Shown: positions 1 to 9,510 of the stretch, one piece after another
Layout of the letters: every line of letters begins with the position of its first letter
How positions within the stretch are numbered: position 1 is the first letter of the stretch
Origin: Pseudobdellovibrionaceae bacterium
GTDB lineage: Bacteria > Bdellovibrionota > Bdellovibrionia > Bdellovibrionales > Bdellovibrionaceae
DNA: 64,000 nucleotides
Assembly: GCA_039810425.1 (NCBI GenBank)
Contig: JBDHWW010000004.1
Span: 56,410 to 120,409 of the forward strand
Direction of reading: 5' to 3'
Program-made: the position numbers and the translations under genes
Notes under the pieces: model-generated
What the model was told of the DNA's origin: nothing
What the model saw: the letters and a program-made list of their open reading frames with translations, nothing else
The model's database searches: none

Positions 1-9
1 TCTCCAAAG

Positions 10-2205
10 ATGGAGTTCCGCAAGCGGCGCCGTGAGCTTATTACCATCGCGCTGTTGTCTTTGCTCGTCTTCTTTCTGACCTGGTTTGAAATTCGTATTC
101 TTGCGACCAGCAAGCAGCTGCCCTTTGTTCACAGTATCTTCTTCTTCGGGCTTGTTAATTTCAACATCATCCTGTTGTTGCTTTTGATCTTCCTGATTTT
201 TCGTAACGTCGTAAAAGTGTTCGTTGAGCGACGGGGTAAGATCTTTGGTAGTAGTTTGAAAGCGAAACTGATCGCCGCTTTTGTGGCCTTTAGTACCATT
301 CCGACGTTGTTGATGTTCGTCATCTCGGTGTTTTATATCAACTCGAGCTTCGATAAGTGGTTCAGCGTAAAAATGGTGGGTGTCCTCAAAAGCTCGCTCG
401 AGGTGACTAACGCATATTATGCGGGGACAAAGACCAAAAACTATCACTTTGCTCACCAGATCGCGAACCGGGTTCAAAAAGAACGCAGCTCGGCGGCAAT
501 TCAAAAGACCATCAATCAGCTTCGTAAAGAATATGCCTTGGATTCAGCGGAGTACTATCCGTCGCTGTTCCAAGGCCGTGTGTCTTCGTTCTCTGAAGAC
601 GATAACATCCCGCCTATTCCACCGGTCTCTCTTGAGTTCTTACAAAAGGGGGTTAAGGCCCACCGCGAGTGGAGTACCATTCATCAATTCGGCGAGGGAA
701 ACCTCGTGCGTGTCATCGTGCCGGTAAAAGAGGGCGAGGACCGCGGCGCCATTGTCGTTTCAAGTTTCGTTCCACTCTCGTTGATCTCGCGTATGAATGA
801 TGTGGGGACCGCCTACGAAGAATTCCGTGACATCAATCCGCTCGAATATCCGCTGAAGTCAATTTACCTGATCATCTTGTTCCTGATCACGTTTGTGATT
901 CTGCTGGCGGCAACATGGTTCGGTTTCTATCTCGCTCGCCAACTGGCGGTGCCGCTGGTGCAACTTGGTAAGGCAACCTTGCGCGTTGCCGGCGGGGATT
1001 ATTCGCAGAAAATCGAAACCAGTTCCGGCAGTGAAGAGATCTCGCTCTTGATTACATCCTTCAATAAAATGACCGAGACTCTGGCGACGTCCGAACGCGA
1101 ACTGCAAAATACCTTGGAGGACTTGGATCAGCACAATCGCTATATCGAGGTCGTGCTTGGGAATGTCAGTACCGGTGTGATTTCCGTGGGCCAAAACGGT
1201 CAAGTCACAACCATCAATCGTCACGCGGCTGATTTGCTTAAGATTGATCCAGCGAAATATGTGGGCCGCCCAGTGCGCGAGCTGCTGACTCTTGAGTACT
1301 TCCGCACCTTCTCCGAGTTGTTAAAGACCATGCAGGATCACAAGACTGAAAACATCTCGAAAGAGTTCCATGTGAATGTTCAAGGCCAATCGATCCCACT
1401 GCAAATGAATCTATCGATCCTGAAAGACGAACGTGGCCAAGAGGTCGGTATGATTCTTGTATTCGACGACATGAGTCCTATCGTAAATGCACAGCGTGCG
1501 GCGGCATGGACGGAAGTGGCCCGCCGTATCGCGCACGAAATTAAGAATCCTTTGACGCCGATCAAGCTTTCTGCGGAACGTTTGCAGCGCAAATTCGGCG
1601 CGCAAGTAACAGATCCGGCATTTAGTGAATGCACTAATATGATCATTCACCAAGTGGATGATCTCAAAAAAATGGTGAACGAGTTCAGTCAGTTTGCGCG
1701 TTTGCCACAAAGCAAGCCGGTCACCGGGACGCTCAACAAGGTCATCGAAGAGTCTCTGATGGTCTTCCGTCAGGCGCATCCAAACGTGAAGTTCGATTTC
1801 CAGGAGGATCCGAATTTGCCGGAATTCAAATTCGACCCCGATCAGATACGTCGTGTGTTCGTGAACTTGATCGACAACTCCGTGGCGGCCCTTAGTAAAG
1901 AGGCAGTGCCCGTGATCACCATCACCACTCGCTACGACAGTGACCTTAAAATTGTCCGCCTGACAGTGGCCGACAATGGTGAGGGGATCCCGGCGGTGGA
2001 GCGCAACCGCATTTTCGAGCCTTATTATAGCACAAAAGAAGGAGGCACCGGTCTCGGCCTTCCGATTGTGAAACGAATTATTGAAGACCACAATGGTTTC
2101 ATTCGCGCGACTGCAAATGAGCCCAAAGGAACTAAAATGCTGATGGAACTTCCAGTAAACGTCGTTGACGCCTGGAGCCCGTCAAAGGCAGGGAATAAAG
2201 TATGA
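10..2205 (+). CDS. ntrY: NtrY-like membrane sensor histidine kinase (TM, HAMP, PAS, HisKA, HATPase)
   Basis: N-terminal TM helices, H-box AWTEVARRIAHEIKNPLTPI, G-boxes DNGEGI and GGTGLGL; overlaps the downstream regulator by 4 nt. Confidence 0.85.
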   Translation: MEFRKRRRELITIALLSLLVFFLTWFEIRILATSKQLPFVHSIFFFGLVNFNIILLLLLIFLIFRNVVKVFVERRGKIFGSSLKAKLIAAFVAFSTIPTLLMFVISVFYINSSFDKWFSVKMVGVLKSSLEVTNAYYAGTKTKNYHFAHQIANRVQKERSSAAIQKTINQLRKEYALDSAEYYPSLFQGRVSSFSEDDNIPPIPPVSLEFLQKGVKAHREWSTIHQFGEGNLVRVIVPVKEGEDRGAIVVSSFVPLSLISRMNDVGTAYEEFRDINPLEYPLKSIYLIILFLITFVILLAATWFGFYLARQLAVPLVQLGKATLRVAGGDYSQKIETSSGSEEISLLITSFNKMTETLATSERELQNTLEDLDQHNRYIEVVLGNVSTGVISVGQNGQVTTINRHAADLLKIDPAKYVGRPVRELLTLEYFRTFSELLKTMQDHKTENISKEFHVNVQGQSIPLQMNLSILKDERGQEVGMILVFDDMSPIVNAQRAAAWTEVARRIAHEIKNPLTPIKLSAERLQRKFGAQVTDPAFSECTNMIIHQVDDLKKMVNEFSQFARLPQSKPVTGTLNKVIEESLMVFRQAHPNVKFDFQEDPNLPEFKFDPDQIRRVFVNLIDNSVAALSKEAVPVITITTRYDSDLKIVRLTVADNGEGIPAVERNRIFEPYYSTKEGGTGLGLPIVKRIIEDHNGFIRATANEPKGTKMLMELPVNVVDAWSPSKAGNKV

Positions 2206-3575
2206 GTGAAAACAAGAAATACAAAATTCTGATTATCGACGACGAAGCGCCCATCCGCGAGGTTTTGGGTGCGACCCTCAAAGATGAAGGCTACACAGTT
2301 TCCAGCGCCCAAGACGGCGTTTCGGGTCTTCATGCGATCCGCCAATTCAATCCTGACATCGTCTTTCTCGATATCTGGATGCCGGGCGAACTCGATGGGA
2401 TCCAGGTTTTGAACCAAGCCCGCAAAGAATTCCCCTTAGTGGACTTCGTGATGATCTCCGGTCACGGTACGATCGAAACGGCGGTAAAGGCAACGAAGTT
2501 GGGGGCTTACGACTTCATCGAGAAGCCGCTCTCAATGGACAAGATCACAATCATTATCTCGAATATCTTGAACTACCAAGCTGAGCGTGAAGAGAAGGTT
2601 CTTCTCTTGAACAAACTCCGTAAGAGCATCGCTCTGATCGGTGAAGCTCCGGCGATCATGGCGACAAAGCAAATCATCGCGAAGATGGCGCCAACGCAGT
2701 CGTGGATTCTCGTTGGGGGCGAAACGGGCGTGGGTAAGGCGTTGGCCTCGCAAAACATTCACTATCTCAGCACGCGCGCGGGCAAAGCCTTTGTTGATGT
2801 GAACTGCGGGACAATTCCTGAAGACCTTCTCGAGAGCGAAATCTTCGGTATCGAAAAGGGTGCGATGCCCGGTGTGGAAAAAGTTAAAAAGGGAAAGCTC
2901 GATCTCGCTCAAGGCGGCACGCTGTTCTTGAACGAAGTGGCGGTTTTGACTCCGGAGGTTCAGCACCGCCTCGTGAAATTCTACGAGACCAAAGCATATT
3001 ACCGTGTTGGTGGCTCTGAAGAAATCCGTGGCGACGTTCGGATTATCGCAACGACAACGAAAGATCTTGAGAAGATGGTTAAAGAGGGCCGCTTCAGTGA
3101 GGATCTTTATTACAAGCTCAACATCATCCCATTCCGCATGCCGACGCTGCGCGAACGTCCGGAAGACATTCCAGTTTTGACGTCTTATTTCAGCGATCAC
3201 GTCGCACGCGAAGGTGGCTATCTGAAGAAAGCCTTTTCTGAGCAAGCGATGGAAGCCATGATGAAGTACGAATGGCCGGGTAACGTGCGCGAGTTGAAGA
3301 ACTTTATTGAGCGTGTGTACATCTTGACTCCGGGTGAGTTCGTCGATTTGCATGACGTTCGCTTCGCGGGGCTTGTGGGCGGCAAAGAGGACGATAAAAT
3401 GAGCATGGACGCGATGTCGACCTTCCGTGAAGCGCGTGCGCGTTTCGAAAAAGAATATCTTCTGAAGAAAATTGCCGAAAACGGCGGCAATATCAGTAAA
3501 ACAGCTGAAGTTATTGGACTTGAAAGAAGTTATTTACATCGTAAGATTAAGTCCTACGGCATCGAGGTATCATAA
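2202..3575 (+). CDS. ntrX: NtrX/NtrC-family response regulator (REC-AAA+-Fis HTH)
   Basis: REC (ILIIDDE, FLDIWMP), Walker A GETGVGK, WPGNVREL, C-terminal HTH GNISKTAEVIGLERSYLHRKIK. Confidence 0.85.
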   Translation: MSENKKYKILIIDDEAPIREVLGATLKDEGYTVSSAQDGVSGLHAIRQFNPDIVFLDIWMPGELDGIQVLNQARKEFPLVDFVMISGHGTIETAVKATKLGAYDFIEKPLSMDKITIIISNILNYQAEREEKVLLLNKLRKSIALIGEAPAIMATKQIIAKMAPTQSWILVGGETGVGKALASQNIHYLSTRAGKAFVDVNCGTIPEDLLESEIFGIEKGAMPGVEKVKKGKLDLAQGGTLFLNEVAVLTPEVQHRLVKFYETKAYYRVGGSEEIRGDVRIIATTTKDLEKMVKEGRFSEDLYYKLNIIPFRMPTLRERPEDIPVLTSYFSDHVAREGGYLKKAFSEQAMEAMMKYEWPGNVRELKNFIERVYILTPGEFVDLHDVRFAGLVGGKEDDKMSMDAMSTFREARARFEKEYLLKKIAENGGNISKTAEVIGLERSYLHRKIKSYGIEVS

Positions 3576-5077
3576 TGTCACAAACAGCAATTACTCCAAC
3601 ACGTGCGCAAAATTATCCTGAATGGTATCAGGAAGTTATTAAAGCAGCGGATATGGCTGAGAACTCTCCGGTTCGCGGTTGCATGGTTATCAAACCCTGG
3701 GGCTACGCCATCTGGGAAAACATGCAAAAGGTTCTCGACGGCAAGTTCAAAGAAACAGGCCACATGAATGCTTACTTCCCACTCTTGATTCCACTGAGCT
3801 TTCTTGAGCAGGAAGCCGAGCATGTTGAGGGTTTTGCGAAGGAGTGTGCGGTCGTCACTCACCATCGCTTGAAAGCCGGCCCAGACGGCAAGCTTATCCC
3901 GGACGGTAAACTCGAAGAGCCATTGATCATCCGCCCAACGAGCGAAACGATCATCGGCCACCAATACGCCAAATGGGTCAAGTCTTATCGCGATTTACCG
4001 ATTCTCGTGAATCAGTGGTGCAACGTTATGCGCTGGGAAATGCGCACGCGCATGTTCCTCCGTACCACGGAATTCCTCTGGCAAGAAGGACATACCGTTC
4101 ACGCTACGGCGGAAGAGGCTAAAGAGGAAACTCTGAAGATGTTAGATGTCTATGCGGACTTCGCCGAGAACTACATGGCGATTCCGGTGACAAAAGGGAT
4201 GAAAACTCCAGACGAAAGATTCCCGGGCGCTGTTGATACTTATACAATCGAAGCGATGATGCAGGATAATAAGGCCTTGCAATCAGGAACGTCTCACTTC
4301 CTGGGGCAGAACTTCGCAAAAGCTTCCGGTATTAAGTTCCTCAGTAAAGAGGGTAAAGAAGAAACCGCATGGACGACCTCTTGGGGTATGTCGACTCGTA
4401 TGATCGGTGGCCTCATTATGACCCATAGTGATGATGATGGCTTGGTCTTGCCACCAAAGATCGCGCCACTTCATGTGGCGATCATGCCGATCTATCGCAA
4501 CGACGAAGAGCGCACGCAAGTTCTTGAGTACGTAAATTCCTTGGCGAAAGAAATTCGCGCTTCACGCTATGATGGTCAAACAATCATGGTAAAGATCGAC
4601 GACCGCGACATCCGCGGAGGCGACAAAGCATGGCAGTACATCAAACAAGGTGTGCCCGTTCGCGTGGAAGTGGGTCCTCGTGATATGGCAAAAGGCGAAG
4701 TTTTCGTCGGCCGCCGTGATAAAGGGGTCAAAGAAAAGTCGGGCATGGCTCGTGGGACTTTTGTAGAATCTTTGCCGAAGATCCTCGAGGAAATTCAGCA
4801 AAACATCTTCAAAAAAGCCAAAGCTCATCGTGAGGCCAATACGAAGCGGATCGAGAACCTGAAAGACTTCGAAGCTTTCTTTGGCGGCGATGCGGAATCT
4901 CAGGCGGGCGGATTTGCCCTTGTTCACTGGAATGAAGCCGCGATTGGCCACGAGCTTCTCGCGAAATTGAAAGTCACTCCACGCTGTATCCCTCTTGAGG
5001 GGCCGGTGGAAGATGGTGCCTGTATCTTTACCGGTAAGCCGTCCAAGAAGCGTGTTATTTTCGCCAAGTCTTACTAA
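3575..5077 (+). CDS. proS: Prolyl-tRNA synthetase, archaeal/eukaryotic-like type
   Basis: EAEHVEGFAKE, IRPTSET, NQWCNVMRWE, FLRTTEFLWQEGHT, C-terminal ...FAKSY; no editing insertion. Confidence 0.95.
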   Translation: MSQTAITPTRAQNYPEWYQEVIKAADMAENSPVRGCMVIKPWGYAIWENMQKVLDGKFKETGHMNAYFPLLIPLSFLEQEAEHVEGFAKECAVVTHHRLKAGPDGKLIPDGKLEEPLIIRPTSETIIGHQYAKWVKSYRDLPILVNQWCNVMRWEMRTRMFLRTTEFLWQEGHTVHATAEEAKEETLKMLDVYADFAENYMAIPVTKGMKTPDERFPGAVDTYTIEAMMQDNKALQSGTSHFLGQNFAKASGIKFLSKEGKEETAWTTSWGMSTRMIGGLIMTHSDDDGLVLPPKIAPLHVAIMPIYRNDEERTQVLEYVNSLAKEIRASRYDGQTIMVKIDDRDIRGGDKAWQYIKQGVPVRVEVGPRDMAKGEVFVGRRDKGVKEKSGMARGTFVESLPKILEEIQQNIFKKAKAHREANTKRIENLKDFEAFFGGDAESQAGGFALVHWNEAAIGHELLAKLKVTPRCIPLEGPVEDGACIFTGKPSKKRVIFAKSY

Positions 5078-5575
5078 GACTTTTCAAACCCAAGATTTGC
5101 ATAAATAAGTGAGCCGAAGATTATTTAAATGGTCGCTGGGCTCACCATACTTTATGCACGGCCGGATACTCGCTGATGCAGGCTTTTACCGAGCTTTATT
5201 GTTTAAATAAGGTCGGTAAAAAATATGAGGCCCTCGCTCTATACGACCGCCTTCGCAAATTTGAAAATTTAACGGATTACCGTAAGAATTTGTTCATCAC
5301 CAATGAAGCTTGGATTTTCTAAACGGAACAGAGGAGGCATTACGGAAATATCCAGCTCTACTTATGCTCTTTATGACAGGTAAAGTGTTAATTGCAGCAG
5401 TGATGGAGGCGCCGGTACCGCAACCGTGAGTGTTGATAGTAGCACGCAAGCTCAGACACAGGCAGCTGTAGAATGAATGATTTTTTCACGGGGCTTTCGT
5501 CTGTGCTCTCTTGTTATGACAGGACTGGACTTCGCTGCAAGTGCCTTCAGCTGGCAACTCTGAGAGCATTTATTT

Positions 5576-6901
5576 ATGGCTCACAAAAAAGCTTCCCAAC
5601 TCGGACGACGCCAGTTTCTCCAAGGTTTGGCCACGGCACCGCTGGTGCTCACCTTTGGCGCAGCGTCCGCTCAAGAAACAGATCCAACGTTGCAAAAAAA
5701 CCGTCGTGTCCCAATGATGCAGGGGTGGACGGATGAAACAGAGAGCATGGTGGTGGTCCTTGGTGCGGCGGGATGGTCTTTCAAATCTCTTTTCGGGAGC
5801 CGCATCCAAGTCAACGTTGTTAAAACTCAGACTATCAGTAATACAAACTATGTTTTATACCGTCTGCAAGTCGTGGGTCTTTTAACGACCGCCTATAGCT
5901 CGTTCGGAGTCTATGATGCGGGCGGAATATTACTCGACACGCGCAGCTTAAAAGGAATTGATCTGCAAATGTCGTCACCCCGACTTGCCGTAGCGTCATG
6001 CGCGAACTATCGCAAGCTTGATGCGCAAGAGGCGATATACGACCAGCTTCAGCAGCAAGCGCCGGACATGATTTTCTTTATCGGTGACATCGTTTACAGC
6101 AACTCCCGGGTCAGCTCCATCGTTGGTACGCCCGAGGACCCCAGCACGGCGCTCGAGCGCTATGTGCAAACTTGGATGACTGTGAATTTATACCAATTGG
6201 AACCGCTGATCCCAACGATCGCGGTTTGGGATGACCATGACTACGGAACCAACAACGGTGGTGCAAAGCATCCGTATAAAGCGGTGATGAAGGAAATGTT
6301 CCGCTCGTTCTATCCGCTCCCGGATCAACACAGCCGCCTTTTGTTCGGGCCGGGGGTCGCTTTTCGCTTGAGAGCCTTCGAGATGGATTTTTATTTCATG
6401 GATGGGCGCTCATTTTTCGAAAAAAAGAAAACCCAATGGGGAGACACTCAAGAAGCGTGGTTCACTCAGGACTTCACCTCCAGCGGCCTTCCGGTTTGGA
6501 TTTTAAACGGCATTCAATTTTTCAATTACTTCCCCATTGTGGAGTCCGTACAAAAAAGCGCCGAGACGAGTTTTCTAAAGTTACAAACGATGTTGCGCCA
6601 TCAGAAAAGGCCAGTGGCCTTGTTCTCTGGCGATGTCCATTGCTCGCAAGTACAAGAGATCCCCGAGGCCTTCTTCGGCTTTAAAACCTATGAAGTCACT
6701 TCCAGCGGTATTCATAGTAGTTCGGCCGGACGGGCCATGCGGCGCAAGGACGACGTAAGGCAGCTCTTCTACTATGGGGATGAGAATTTCTTAATCGTTC
6801 AGCCGGCCTTGAAGAATGCAATCATGGATCTGGAGATCAGTTGCGTGACTGCGGGCGGGGCTGCCCCTGCGGTAAATCGACCACTTCGAATCGCCGTATA
6901 G
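5576..6901 (+). CDS. Tat-exported PhoD-like alkaline phosphatase/phosphodiesterase
   Basis: Twin-arginine signal GRRQFLQG...ASA; metallophosphoesterase motifs ASC, GDIVY, WDDHDY, SGDVH. Confidence 0.8.
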   Translation: MAHKKASQLGRRQFLQGLATAPLVLTFGAASAQETDPTLQKNRRVPMMQGWTDETESMVVVLGAAGWSFKSLFGSRIQVNVVKTQTISNTNYVLYRLQVVGLLTTAYSSFGVYDAGGILLDTRSLKGIDLQMSSPRLAVASCANYRKLDAQEAIYDQLQQQAPDMIFFIGDIVYSNSRVSSIVGTPEDPSTALERYVQTWMTVNLYQLEPLIPTIAVWDDHDYGTNNGGAKHPYKAVMKEMFRSFYPLPDQHSRLLFGPGVAFRLRAFEMDFYFMDGRSFFEKKKTQWGDTQEAWFTQDFTSSGLPVWILNGIQFFNYFPIVESVQKSAETSFLKLQTMLRHQKRPVALFSGDVHCSQVQEIPEAFFGFKTYEVTSSGIHSSSAGRAMRRKDDVRQLFYYGDENFLIVQPALKNAIMDLEISCVTAGGAAPAVNRPLRIAV

Positions 6902-6902
6902 A

Positions 6903-6929
6903 TTGACAGCTACCTGGATTAGATATAAT
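6903..6929 (+). promoter_or_regulatory. Putative sigma70 promoter of the metalloprotease gene
   Basis: TTGACA (6903-6908) and TATAAT (6924-6929), 15-nt spacer, 30 nt upstream of the ATG at 6960. Confidence 0.5.
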
Positions 6930-6959
6930 CACTCTCAAGCTTTTTTTGAGAGGGTTTTT

Positions 6960-9101
6960 ATGAAAAGTCTAAAGGGAGTTTCGGTTGTAGCAATGACGTT
7001 GGCGGTAGCGCTTTCTGCTTGTACGAAAACTGAAAAAGAAATCGTTTACCAATACCCACCGAAAGATGTTTTAGAGTCTTTCTCGACAACAACTTGTGCA
7101 AAAAAGAACTGCGTTAAAATCGCAAAGTCCGCTTTGAACAAAACATTCTTGTTGATGATCTCTGGTAAATCGATCGGCACAGCACCTCAGTGGATGGACT
7201 TGAAACCATCTGTTGTGATCTTTCAGCAGTCAGGCACGCAGGTCGGCCTCTTTGCAGTGTCAACCGAAGCCATCTACGGCAACGAAGATGCCAAAAACCT
7301 GATCCAGGGTTTCGATGTCATCGCGGACGACGCAGACTCTGTGACCTTTGATTGGGGCGCGGGCATCACAAGTTTTCGCACCCAAGGCGTATTTGATACA
7401 GAAATCGACTTGGGTGAGGAAGATGGCGGCATCGGCTCTTCTTTGCAAACGTTGAACTCTTTTGTAAAGAGTGTAAATGTTTCCAATGACCTGGTCGAGG
7501 TTCAGCAGATCTCTAAGGTCCTTCAGACAAAACTGGTCACTAAGAAAGGCAACCCTTTTGATCCTAAGGACGAAGGAAAGCAAAAGATTGATGTTACGGA
7601 AAGCACTTTGAACATCAGCATCCAGCTCTTTCCTTACTCGAAAAATTTAAACTTCACGCCAAAGTTAGCTGATAAATCCCGTACAGTCGGCTTCTTCGTA
7701 ACGAAGCTGGCCACTCCGGAAGTTGTGGGCGAAAAACAGATCTTTATCACGAAGTGGGACTTCAGCGCGCCCAAAGGCCCCGTGCGCTTCTTAGTTTCTG
7801 CGAACACGCCAAAGGAATACCTCGAATCTGTCCGTGAGGGCTTGCTCTACTGGAACAAAGTTTTCGGTTTCGAAGCTGTTCGTGTAGAGACGGGGGTGGA
7901 TGACTCTTCGGTACCACCTTTGCACGCCGTGATGGTTCGCTGGATTCCATGGGAGGACGCCGGCTTTGCATACGCTCAGGCGCAGAACGACCCTCTTACC
8001 GGTGAAATGCTCCGTGGTCAGTTGTTCCTGACCCCGGCTTTTGCGCACACCAAAGGCTACGTGAAGAAACTCACGCCAGCGATGAACCCTTTGGTGGCGT
8101 GTGATTTGACGAAGTCCTACAACAAGGGTGATTTCCTCCCAAGCAATCCGGATGAACTTCGCATTGCTCAGGACGATGTGCGTTCGGTCGTGGCTCACGA
8201 AGCGGGCCATGCTCTTGGCTTGCGCCACAACTTTGCAGCCTCTGCGAGCGTGCCACTCACACAAAAAGGCGTTTTGAAAGCCATCCGTGACTACCTTCAT
8301 GATGCTAACTATGAAGGCGTTATGACAGGCACAACGGTGATGGACTATATCAAGGGCACGGAAGACATTCTTTTGGATAAATATATCAAAAACCATCCGC
8401 TCCCATATGACCAAATGGCGATGAAGTGGGCATACTCTCAAGGTATGGATGGTTTGAATCCTGCGACTTCTAAATATTGCAGCGACGAGGACTTGATAAT
8501 CTCTCAAGCCCGCGACAGTCTCACCATCTTCGACTGCCAGCAAGGTGATGCGACAGGCAGCACACTGGTATCTATCATCAACAGTCACTTGCGGAACCGT
8601 CAGAATATGTTGCAGACCAAGTACGATGCGATCCTTGCGGCGCTCTTCCCGCAAGATCAGGAGGTTACTACCGGCAACCTCGAAATCATTCTGAATGAAA
8701 ACCATGTTGAATTGGGCCTTAACGATCTGAAAAGCTATCTCGGGATGCAAAAGAACCATGCTGGCTTTATCAGTCTCGACAAGTGGAAGAACGTCATTCA
8801 GCGGGGCTTGAAATCAGCCGCGGATCCTGGTTTGGATCAAATGCTCAAGGACGATCTTGCTGAAGTCGGGACCTTCGCGGATGCAAAGAATCTTTTGACG
8901 CCAGTGAACTCTTCTTGGACGGCGATGGACCTGCAAACGGTTTTGGACTCCATTGCAAAAGGGCAAGGAACGATCAAGGGCCGTGATTACCAACTGACAG
9001 TGGATCAAAAAACGCGTTTGAATCAGTATTTCAAAGATGAAGCCACTTATGTTGAAACGGAACTGCAAAAACAGTTGAACGACCTGTTCGCAGGCCTCTA
9101 G
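6960..9101 (+). CDS. Lipoprotein zinc-dependent metalloprotease (metzincin, EcxA/DUF4953-like)
   Basis: Start moved to MKSLKG; lipobox LSAC; HEAGHALGLRHNF zinc motif; Met-turn TVMDY; DPLTGE motif. Confidence 0.8.
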   Translation: MKSLKGVSVVAMTLAVALSACTKTEKEIVYQYPPKDVLESFSTTTCAKKNCVKIAKSALNKTFLLMISGKSIGTAPQWMDLKPSVVIFQQSGTQVGLFAVSTEAIYGNEDAKNLIQGFDVIADDADSVTFDWGAGITSFRTQGVFDTEIDLGEEDGGIGSSLQTLNSFVKSVNVSNDLVEVQQISKVLQTKLVTKKGNPFDPKDEGKQKIDVTESTLNISIQLFPYSKNLNFTPKLADKSRTVGFFVTKLATPEVVGEKQIFITKWDFSAPKGPVRFLVSANTPKEYLESVREGLLYWNKVFGFEAVRVETGVDDSSVPPLHAVMVRWIPWEDAGFAYAQAQNDPLTGEMLRGQLFLTPAFAHTKGYVKKLTPAMNPLVACDLTKSYNKGDFLPSNPDELRIAQDDVRSVVAHEAGHALGLRHNFAASASVPLTQKGVLKAIRDYLHDANYEGVMTGTTVMDYIKGTEDILLDKYIKNHPLPYDQMAMKWAYSQGMDGLNPATSKYCSDEDLIISQARDSLTIFDCQQGDATGSTLVSIINSHLRNRQNMLQTKYDAILAALFPQDQEVTTGNLEIILNENHVELGLNDLKSYLGMQKNHAGFISLDKWKNVIQRGLKSAADPGLDQMLKDDLAEVGTFADAKNLLTPVNSSWTAMDLQTVLDSIAKGQGTIKGRDYQLTVDQKTRLNQYFKDEATYVETELQKQLNDLFAGL

Positions 9102-9111
9102 AATAGAGCTC

Positions 9112-9507
9112 ATGAGGAATGAGCTCTATCAAGAAATCAGCTTTGAGTTCACCCGCAGCCGTGGTGCCGGGGGCCAGCACGTCAATCGCACCGAATCGGC
9201 TGTGATTCTACGCTGGAACTTGTTGGAAACCCGCGCTTTCTCGGCGATAGAAAAAGATCGGCTCATTTATAAGCTCAGCTCCCAGCTCACGAAAGAAGGG
9301 GAGCTTCTTGTTCGCGCCGAAGTTCATCGCGATCAAGACAGCAATCGCAAGGAAGCTGTCCGCAAATTCGAAGAGATCCTTGAAAAGGCGCTCTTTGTCC
9401 CTAAAAAACGCATAAAAACGAAACCGACGAAGTCTTCTCAGCGTAAGCGCTTGGACTCGAAGAAAAAAGACTCGCAGAAAAAACGTATGCGCAGTGAGAA
9501 ATGGTAG
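9112..9507 (+). CDS. arfB: Alternative ribosome rescue peptidyl-tRNA hydrolase ArfB (YaeJ)
   Basis: SRGAGGQHVN GGQ motif and basic C-terminal tail KKRIKTKPTKSSQRKRLDSKKK. Confidence 0.9.
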   Translation: MRNELYQEISFEFTRSRGAGGQHVNRTESAVILRWNLLETRAFSAIEKDRLIYKLSSQLTKEGELLVRAEVHRDQDSNRKEAVRKFEEILEKALFVPKKRIKTKPTKSSQRKRLDSKKKDSQKKRMRSEKW

Positions 9508-9510
9508 CCT

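Noticed and set aside
5270..5290. TTAC-C-GTAA as a Bdellovibrio-type LexA box
   Set aside because: Spacer is 1 nt rather than the 3 nt I recall for TTAC-N3-GTAA, and it is not upstream of a repair gene
7791..8759. 322-aa reverse-strand ORF inside the metalloprotease gene
   Set aside because: Fully antisense to a motif-bearing CDS; no recognisable features
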